Below, piece after piece: positions 17,215 through 23,874 of a DNA stretch of 52,758 nt. A program made the translations under genes and the position numbers. Source of the stretch: an uncultured Gammaproteobacteria bacterium (GTDB lineage: Bacteria; Patescibacteriota; Microgenomatia; Levybacterales; UBA12049); assembly GCA_964653195.1 (NCBI GenBank), contig CAZZCX010000005.1:17829-70586 (forward strand). Direction: 5' to 3'. The notes below the pieces were generated by a model. That model was not told the origin of the DNA and ran no database searches. It saw only the letters and a list, made by a program, of their open reading frames with translations. Numbering within the stretch: position 1 is the first letter of the stretch; every line of letters begins with the position of its first letter.

Positions 17215-17331
17215 TTATTTACCTTTCGGCCTTCTGGAGTTCCAGAAGGCCAGAGCTGCTGCTGTAAAAAGCAGCCCGAATCCAAGCAAAGTCAACCCGT
17301 TGCACATAAAATATTCTGGTGCCGGCATCAT
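17215..17331 (-). CDS. 38-aa hydrophobic peptide (single TM plus basic tail), hypothetical
   Basis: Minus strand: AGGAGtgaaATGATG... encodes MMPAPEYFMCNGLTLLGFGLLFTAAALAFWNSRRPKGK*. SD AGGAG is 4 nt upstream. Below the 60-aa cutoff of the ORF track. Confidence 0.35.
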   Translation of the reverse strand: MMPAPEYFMCNGLTLLGFGLLFTAAALAFWNSRRPKGK

Positions 17332-17523
17332 TTCACTCCTGTCAAATATTCTCCAAAATTGGAGGGGAGGATAGAGACGAGTTTCGTCTGTATCTTCCTC
17401 CCAATTTGTGAGTTGACTGATTTATTAAATTGTTAAGTTGCTAATGTATTTGTTCTTTTGTGTGTACAAAAGAACCAAAAAACTTGCGCGCTTGAAGTCA
17501 GGCTATTTTACTCAGTTCGCTAG

Positions 17524-17589
17524 TCGGGGGATTGTCCGCCCCCTTCCTTCACTCACCACCCTGGGCGGTTCGAAAGGGATTCCCCCTGA
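17524..17589. repeat. C-family 66-nt conserved core, copy C2
   Basis: TCGGGGGATTGTCCGCCCCCTTCCTTCACTCACCACCCTGGGCGGTTCGAAAGGGATTCCCCCTGA. Confidence 0.8.
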
Positions 17590-17920
17590 CAGCTCACTTC
17601 GTAAAATTTAACGCCTTTTATTCACAGCGCTAAATTGATTTAATAAAATGTTAATTTGCTAAGAAATTTGTAGTCACAATTCAGAAGTTAAAAAGAGCTT
17701 TAACTGCTCAATCGTAACTACGGGCGCTTATGTGGTAAGCGCCCGAGTGTTGAAAGCGCAATTGCTTTCAAACTTGGGACGCTTTAAGTATAAGCGCCCG
17801 TCATCCGAAATCAGCTGAGAATTCACCATTTCAGCGCAAAAGCTTTGTGGTAAAAACTCTACCTCTTCGGAAGCCTCTTCTTAAGGTGAGAGAATACCTT
17901 TTTTAGTCTGTTTTCTTTTT

Positions 17921-17976
17921 GTCACCCTGAATTTATTTCAGGGTCTCCTGAGATGCTGAAACAAGTTCAGCATGAC
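17921..17976. repeat. P-family double-hairpin palindromic element, copy P2
   Basis: GTCACCCTGAATTTATTTCAGGGTC-tcctga-GATGCTGAAACAAGTTCAGCATGAC. Confidence 0.85.
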
Positions 17977-18212
17977 AGGTTCGAAAACGAACCGTTTCCT
18001 GTGAGTCACCATTAGACTCCTTGGTATCCAGCTAAGCTGGACAGGAATTTCGTTCCGATTGCTCGGAACTCTATTCAGCCTTATTCAAGCTGAATAGGCG
18101 GGGGAGAGACCCGCCGGATCCGGACTAAGAACATCCAGGTATCCGACGGGCTCCCGCCCGGCTAACCTCCGGTCAAACCCTTATGGGCGGACCAGAGGCC
18201 AATAGTAGAAGG

Positions 18213-19250
18213 TTACTTCCAGTCGACCGGCCGCAGATCGGCCGGCTTGGCGGATTGTTCCACCATCCGAATTTCCTCGGCAGGGGGGTCCCACTGGACC
18301 CACCCGGACACCTCGCAGCGAACGCCGGAAGTGTCCTGGTACCACATTCTGATGTGGTAATCGGGTATCGCGAGCAGCTCGATAGGGTTGCTGTCCCAGA
18401 TCTCGCTGCCGGTATCCGGCCAGGGGTAAACACCGGTCAGGCTGTATGTTTTGGCGACCGGCAAGTAGTGATACTGGTCAGCCGCACGGCTGACCGCCCA
18501 ATCCACGTCGCGGCTGGCCGTTAGCGACAGAGGCACGCCGGGCCCCCAGATCCCGAAATCGTACTCCGCACCCGGCCAAGGCTGAAAGTCCAGCGTGGCG
18601 TTTTGCCCGGCCATGGAGGCGCTGAGGGTCTCGCGCTCGCACACCGCGGGGGGCGGGGGCGGCAGGGGCTGGCCGATCGCCAACGGAAGATAAGCTTTAA
18701 ACTCGACGGGCTGGCCGGGGCACTCGTAATCAGCCCAGAGGCCGATGGAATCTTCCGTACGGAAGGTCAAGATACCCTCTTCGGGCACCTCGAGAACACC
18801 GTAGGAAACCATCCCTTGAGGCACGGCGTGGAGCAACTGCCCGTTTAAGTAGAAGCCGCTCATGCGTTCATCGACGTCGTCGTCGATGATAGTGTACCCC
18901 ACTGTGCAGCCGGCTTTATCAAAGACGCTGATCGTCCACTCGTCGTCGTTTATGTGAACCGGGCGAGTGGTTCCTTCCTCCACCGCCCATACGCGCTCGT
19001 TCTTCTTCGCTTGGTACTCCGGGCCTTCCCGAAGCACCATATCGAGTGGCCTCGCCTTCACGACGAAGTCGCCGGACTCATTATTGAACGTCCCCGGGCC
19101 CTCGCCCAGAAACGTAACTTCGGGCATTTCCGGCACTGAGCTTGCGCCAGCGCCGAAGACGAAGTCGACACTCAGCCTGCATACGAGCAGACCGAGCAGG
19201 ACGGCGATGGTGATCCATAACGCCTTCCGGTTAATCTCTGTGTTACTCAC
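18213..19250 (-). CDS. GC-rich (about 60%) membrane-anchored extracytoplasmic orphan protein, compositionally foreign
   Basis: Longest frame in the GC-rich core, with G/C-dominated third codon positions. SD AAGGAG (complement of 19259-19264) lies 8 nt upstream of GTG (19250). The N-terminus (M)SNTEINRKALWITIAVLLGLLVC is a signal anchor, and a PLPPPPPA linker separates two Trp/Asp-rich domains. The track ORF extends to TTG 19412. Confidence 0.6.
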   Translation of the reverse strand: MSNTEINRKALWITIAVLLGLLVCRLSVDFVFGAGASSVPEMPEVTFLGEGPGTFNNESGDFVVKARPLDMVLREGPEYQAKKNERVWAVEEGTTRPVHINDDEWTISVFDKAGCTVGYTIIDDDVDERMSGFYLNGQLLHAVPQGMVSYGVLEVPEEGILTFRTEDSIGLWADYECPGQPVEFKAYLPLAIGQPLPPPPPAVCERETLSASMAGQNATLDFQPWPGAEYDFGIWGPGVPLSLTASRDVDWAVSRAADQYHYLPVAKTYSLTGVYPWPDTGSEIWDSNPIELLAIPDYHIRMWYQDTSGVRCEVSGWVQWDPPAEEIRMVEQSAKPADLRPVDWK

Positions 19251-19916
19251 TTTCGTGTCTCCTTGTGCCCGGTTTTGCCGGGCGTAGTCGTGTTTGCCCG
19301 CCAAGTGCAGAAAGCGCGGCGGGCGCTCGTTAAGAAACCAATAAAGGTTTAGTGCCACTGTGAGGTGGCTCAGTACGACAATAAGCACGTATAAAACGCG
19401 CTCACCTTCCAATTTTGACGTAAACCCGTGTATTCAGGGGAGTACGTATTCACCGGAAGCCTTTCAAATACAAATTTTCTTTATTCTTGAATCTTACATC
19501 TTGAATCTTGATTCTTTTGTACTCATAAGGCTCCCGGCAAAGTACCGGAAGTTCGATTTAGGAGAATCAATGCTTGCCCCACTTCGTCCCGATCTAATCG
19601 GGACTGCGAGGGGTAAATAACCTTCTATTATTATTAAAGAGCAAATTTGCGTAGAGCTAAGAGCTTAGGGCATAGAGCACTAAGAATAAAACAATACGAA
19701 TTCCTTCACCGATCAGTTCGCATTACTGCGGAACCTAGAACCAGTTTGAAGCTAAATAGCCTCAGACTGTCCCGCCTGCAACGCATGCTTGCATTGCGGG
19801 CAGGTGGCGTCAGGAAGAGAAGAGGAGAGTGCGATTCATCTTAATTCGTGAATCTTAAATCTTAAATCTATGTTAAGATCTCCTCTTTCTCTTCCGTACA
19901 CCAAAATGCATCAATT

Positions 19917-19987
19917 TATTGTTCGATCCCGATCAGATCGGGTGAGAACTAATTAACTTCTCACCGCTTAAGGCGGTTCGAAGAATA
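19917..19987 (-). repeat. A-family element, copy A5 (reverse orientation)
   Basis: TATTGTTCGA-tcccgatcagatcggg-TGAGAACTAattaaCTTCTCAccgcttaaggcggTTCGAAGAATA. Confidence 0.75.
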
Positions 19988-20009
19988 TTAACTTTAAAAT
20001 GTGCTTCTT

Positions 20010-20080
20010 ACCCGCCTAATCTTACTTTTCGCCTTACCTACTATTCGTAGCGTGGCTCAAAGAGCGATTGAGCGGCGGGT
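20010..20080 (+). repeat. B-family structured element, copy B2
   Basis: ACCCGCCTAAtcttacttttcgccttacCTACTATTCGTAgcgtggctCAAAGAGCGaTTGAgCGGCGGGT. Confidence 0.7.
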
Positions 20081-20123
20081 TATGCATTTCTAAGCCTCGC
20101 TTTTTGGCTCGGCAAGAATTGCA

Positions 20124-20153
20124 TAAAAAAACCCGCACTTTAAAGGTGCGGGT
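20124..20153 (-). terminator. Intrinsic terminator (minus strand)
   Basis: Hairpin acccgcac-tttaaag-gtgcgggt (20131-20153). On the minus strand it is followed by a T7 run (complement of the A7 at 20124-20130). Confidence 0.6.
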
Positions 20154-20300
20154 TGAAAATTCAATCCGAATCCAGGATAGCCTGGTCTGCCTCTAAAGCT
20201 TGTGGAGTATACTATAAGTCTAGTAATTTGTCAAGTAGGGAAGGAGAGAATATGGATTTTAGTAAATGGCATATGGTAAATAGATAATAGACATATAGCT

Positions 20301-20328
20301 TAGGGCATAGGGCATAGGGCATAGGGCG
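20301..20328. repeat. Heptamer microsatellite (TAGGGCA)x3 plus TAGGGCG
   Basis: Tandem copies at 20301, 20308, 20315 and 20322. AGCTTAGGGCATAG also occurs once at about 19663. Confidence 0.9.
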
Positions 20329-20633
20329 TATGGTAGCAAGAAGCAGGTAGTATGTAGTAGGCAGTAGGTAGCAGTAATAAACAGTATGCAAAGAGGGATA
20401 ATAAGTAGTTATTATAAATTCCTATAGGATAATTATAGTTGCAAGGTGCAATAGGTGGGAGTTATGCTTTACCATTGAAGCTTCGAAGCTGATTTACCCC
20501 GGGGGTAGGTTAGCTTCGAACACCGGTAATACTTAAATTCCAATTTAAATTTACTGACCCCTAATCTCTGTTTCCTCGCCGAAGCTTAAGCGAAGGTGGG
20601 TTCCCGGGTCACTGACCCCAGAACCTTGATTTT

Positions 20634-22403
20634 TCATCCGAAGGTGAAGGCGTAGACTTCCATATTGTCATCTAGAAACTCCAGTTTTAGTATGTGCTGG
20701 CCTGCGATAGGCAAATTAATTAGCTTATAAAGCGTATCTTTTGTGACTGTGACTGTACCGTTTTTATTATCCTCTCCGAAATATTGGAGCTTTTCGTCTA
20801 TATACACTTTTACTTGGGATTCCGTTCCATCAGTTTTAGGTTTCATGACTAAGTAAACCTCTTTCGCTTTGAAATTAAGATACAGCTTAGATTCACTCAT
20901 TGGTGCTGCATATTTTTCCGCAATTAGCCACTTTCCTTCATAAGCTAGTTCTGAAGAAGAAATAGTTCTGGGGCGTAAATATGATGTGAGCTGATCTTTT
21001 ATTACTCCTTCAGGGGAAACGAATTTATCAATTCTCCAGTATCCGAGATATTTTTCAGGTGTACTGCCATAATTTTGGTATGTTGGATTATTGATGTCGA
21101 CTGCTGTAATTTTTGAGCCTGCTTCAGTTAATAATTCCTGGATCATTTTTTCAGTCTCATCATACGCACCTTCACCGAAATGGACATATCGGATAAAGCC
21201 GTCTATATCTATGAGATATTTGGCCGGCCAGTAATGGTTGTCATAAGCAAGCCAGGTAGCGAAATCGTTGTCCTGCATGATTGGATATTTGAGGCCGAAA
21301 TCACTAGCAGCCTCGCGGAGATTATCCAAATCCTTCTCAAATTCAAATTCAGGGGAATGGACTCCTATAATTGTAAGACCGTTATCTTTGTACTTTTCAT
21401 GCCAAGTGCGTAAATAAGGAAATGTACGCTGGCAATTGATACAGGAATACGTCCAGAAATCGATGAGAACAACTTTCCCCAATAAAGATTGGAGGACTTG
21501 CCCTTCCGTAGCCTCTGGCGAAGGAGGGTTCAACCATGATCCACCCGGTATTAATTCAGGAGCTTTTTTACCTTTCGGCTGAAGTTCAAAAAGCGGTTTA
21601 CCCATATCAGTAGTATCAGTTTTACGGCCATTTAACGTATTTAATGCGTCTTTTATCACGCCTATATCTTCAAAGTCAGTCAGATTGCTACCGTAATTGG
21701 GGAACGATGTCAGGATATACGTCTGGAATTTTCGATCAATATTGAAATATATCGCAGCTGCTGTGAGGATCATAATAAGCCCGAAGGCTTTTTGTATCAG
21801 TTGAGTGTTACTTAAAAGCCAGGGGATTTTTCTAAGCAGTTTCTGTCCGCCAAGCATGATCGCAAACATAGGTATCGCAGTACCCAGAGAATAGGAGAGT
21901 GTGATAATTAATGCGCTGAAATTTACCGTGCCTGTGATGGCCAAAGTTATAACTGATGCTAGAATTGGACCTACGCATGGAGTCCAAAGTAGACCAAGAG
22001 ATAAGCCGACAAGAAGGCCTGAGATAAATTTACTGTGCATATTTGCTTGTCCGGATTTTGAAGTGTTTACGGGTACGAAGCGTGACAGTTTGGAAAATAA
22101 CCTTTCAAGAAGAACTTGAAACTGTGGGATAAGAAGGGATATACCGAATGTGGCTATAACTAAAATTGAGAAAATTCTCAAAGAATCGGCAGGTATCCCG
22201 CTTATTTTGACTATGGTAGATAAAAAGAGTGTAAAGAAAGTGAAGCTTGTGATAAATCCGGTTATAACACCAAGTGGTCGAGATCTGCTTGCATCCTTAC
22301 CGCCGATAGTAGAAGAGAGTATGATTGGAAGTACAGGGAGAATGCAGGGGGAGAGGATAGTGACTATTCCTGCGATGAATGAGAAAAGAATTAGTAATAA
22401 CAT
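20634..22403 (-). CDS. DipZ-like fusion: CcdA/DsbD transmembrane thiol-disulfide transporter + TlpA/redoxin-like thioredoxin domain + C-terminal beta-rich domain
   Basis: TM-domain cysteines (ILSPCILPV, LWTPCVGPI), thioredoxin motif DFWTYSCINCQRT, and a C-terminal extension of about 150 aa. Confidence 0.8.
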   Translation of the reverse strand: MLLLILFSFIAGIVTILSPCILPVLPIILSSTIGGKDASRSRPLGVITGFITSFTFFTLFLSTIVKISGIPADSLRIFSILVIATFGISLLIPQFQVLLERLFSKLSRFVPVNTSKSGQANMHSKFISGLLVGLSLGLLWTPCVGPILASVITLAITGTVNFSALIITLSYSLGTAIPMFAIMLGGQKLLRKIPWLLSNTQLIQKAFGLIMILTAAAIYFNIDRKFQTYILTSFPNYGSNLTDFEDIGVIKDALNTLNGRKTDTTDMGKPLFELQPKGKKAPELIPGGSWLNPPSPEATEGQVLQSLLGKVVLIDFWTYSCINCQRTFPYLRTWHEKYKDNGLTIIGVHSPEFEFEKDLDNLREAASDFGLKYPIMQDNDFATWLAYDNHYWPAKYLIDIDGFIRYVHFGEGAYDETEKMIQELLTEAGSKITAVDINNPTYQNYGSTPEKYLGYWRIDKFVSPEGVIKDQLTSYLRPRTISSSELAYEGKWLIAEKYAAPMSESKLYLNFKAKEVYLVMKPKTDGTESQVKVYIDEKLQYFGEDNKNGTVTVTKDTLYKLINLPIAGQHILKLEFLDDNMEVYAFTFG

Positions 22404-22443
22404 TGCGATTTATGATATAAGATTCAAGATTTAAGAATTGTAT

Positions 22444-22511
22444 GTCATCCTGAATTTATTTCAGGATCCATTTGAACATCGAATAAGATGCTGAATCGAG
22501 TTCAACAAGAC
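22444..22511. repeat. P-family double-hairpin palindromic element, copy P3 (second hairpin degenerate)
   Basis: GTCATCCTGAATTTATTTCAGGATC ... GATGCTGAATCGAGTTCAACAAGAC. Confidence 0.8.
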
Positions 22512-22540
22512 AAATTCATTAATATTTCAGCTATTTTTGT

Positions 22541-23038
22541 CTACTTTATATTCTCCAATAATTCTGACATCGCACCGCCGTTCCATTTAGTGACTTCATT
22601 TCCGTCTGAATCGATTTGTACAAACGTATGCTGGTATGTAATTCCGTATTTTTTCGCCAAATCCTTTTCCTCTTTGTCAGTCTCCGTATCGTTGTAATTT
22701 ATTCTTATTACAGTAACAGCTTCCGGTATCTGACTCTCCTGATTCATAAATACTTTATCGACAGGAATACAGGTCGGGCACCAATTGGCATAGAAAAAAA
22801 GAACTCTTTTGTTATCAGCGCGTTGTTCAAGTACACCGTCTTGATAAACAACATATCTGCCTGCACCGGCTTTTGGTGAGGAATTGTTATCTGATTGATT
22901 CTCATCCTGAGTTACCCTATCTGAGGTATCATTCATCTGTTTATTGCCCTGCATCGCAGTTCTTGGATATAAAATGAAGGCAGTTATTCCGAGAATTACT
23001 AAAACTCCGATAATTAAAATAAAATTTCTATTCGTCAT
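22541..23038 (-). CDS. Membrane-anchored thioredoxin-like protein
   Basis: N-terminal TM segment and motif FFYANWCPTCIP. Confidence 0.8.
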   Translation of the reverse strand: MTNRNFILIIGVLVILGITAFILYPRTAMQGNKQMNDTSDRVTQDENQSDNNSSPKAGAGRYVVYQDGVLEQRADNKRVLFFYANWCPTCIPVDKVFMNQESQIPEAVTVIRINYNDTETDKEEKDLAKKYGITYQHTFVQIDSDGNEVTKWNGGAMSELLENIK

Positions 23039-23082
23039 ATTTTATATATATTAACTTATTTTAATAAATTTGTCAGGGAAAT

Positions 23083-23861
23083 CTAACCCCCGGGGTATAT
23101 TGACTTCGTACATCGGAACATATAATCTGAGAGTAAAATATATAATGCCACGCAGGAAAACAATCTTAGCTAATGGAGAATATTACCATGTTTTTAATAG
23201 AGGTGTAGCTAGTATACCTATATTTAAAAACCAATCCTCTTATAAAAGATTTATAAACTTAATTGATTATCTACAGTATGGAAATACACCTACTAGTTTT
23301 TCGAATTTTTTAAAACATTCGATTGCTGATAGGCAGGAGATTGTGACCAAATTGCAAATAGAGAATAGACAGCTCATAGAGATTATATCTTTTTGCCTTA
23401 TGCCTAATCATTATCATTTTGTTTTGTTGCAGAAAGTTGATAAGGGAATATCTAAATTTATTGCCAATCTTCAAAATAGTTATGGGAAATATTTTAACCT
23501 GAGATTCAAAAGAACTGGACCATTGGTCCAGCCATCATTTAAAGCTGTTAGGATTGAAACTAATGAACAATTATTGCATGTAACCAGATATATCCATCTA
23601 AATCCTATTACAAGTTTTTTGGTAAATGAAATTGAATTTTTAAGTTATGAATGGAGCTCATTGCCTGAATATATTACTAATATAAAGCGTTATTCTTTTA
23701 TAAATACCGATATTGTATTAGATATCCTTGATAGTGAACAGTATAAGGAATTTGTCTTTGATCAAATTAATTATCAGCAGGAATTACATAAGATTAGGCA
23801 TTTAATGCTTGAATAAAAGTTTGCGTACTGATGTTAGAAGCTATTTTACGCCGGGGGTTAG
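23083..23861 (+). mobile_element. RAYT unit: Y1 (HUH) transposase gene flanked by inverted GC-rich REP-like repeats
   Basis: Left TCTAACCCCCGG (23082-23093) and right CCGGGGGTTAGA (23851-23862) are exact 12-bp inverted repeats bracketing the CDS. Confidence 0.65.
23145..23816 (+). CDS. REP-associated tyrosine transposase (IS200-like Y1/HUH transposase family)
   Basis: YHVFNRGV...IF, HUH motif LMPNHYHFVL, and catalytic Tyr context TRYIHLNPI. Start trimmed to ATG 23145. Confidence 0.8.
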   Translation: MPRRKTILANGEYYHVFNRGVASIPIFKNQSSYKRFINLIDYLQYGNTPTSFSNFLKHSIADRQEIVTKLQIENRQLIEIISFCLMPNHYHFVLLQKVDKGISKFIANLQNSYGKYFNLRFKRTGPLVQPSFKAVRIETNEQLLHVTRYIHLNPITSFLVNEIEFLSYEWSSLPEYITNIKRYSFINTDIVLDILDSEQYKEFVFDQINYQQELHKIRHLMLE

Positions 23862-23874
23862 AGTTGATTTAATT

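Noticed and set aside
17200-17436. 78-aa plus-strand ORF (MPDFGLFTFRPSG...CCCKKQ...)
   Set aside because: It starts at TTG, reads straight through several palindromic hairpins, and has no SD. The opposite strand has a better supported SD-led 38-aa ORF.
16840-17665. Integron-like cassette array, with hairpin modules ending in TTGTTAAGTTGC / TTGTTAATTAC resembling attC R' GTTRRRY
   Set aside because: Only one of the three termini fits GTTRRRY. No intI-type tyrosine recombinase or attI is present in the window, and the 'cassettes' lack ORFs. I kept it as a generic repeat module instead.
18173-19287. Several overlapping ORFs in the GC-rich core (18173-18433 minus; 18183-18524, 18603-18848, 18954-19139 and 18967-19287 plus)
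   Set aside because: High-GC DNA is depleted of stop codons in all frames. These products are Arg/Pro/Gly/Ala-rich, as expected for out-of-frame translation, and all lie inside the longer frame that shows G/C-biased third positions.
16958-19985. tRNA-like fragments suggested by recurring GGTTCGAA / GGATCGAA strings (16958, 17567, 17978, 19975)
   Set aside because: No acceptor, D or anticodon arm arrangement can be drawn around any of them. The strings belong to the C-family core, a simple hairpin and the A-family terminus. No tRNA gene was recognised anywhere in the window.
20495-20507. TACCCCGGGGGTA as a second CsoR operator
   Set aside because: It resembles the csoR operator, but there is no promoter or downstream gene. 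It equally resembles the REP-like repeats flanking the RAYT gene, so no regulatory call was made.
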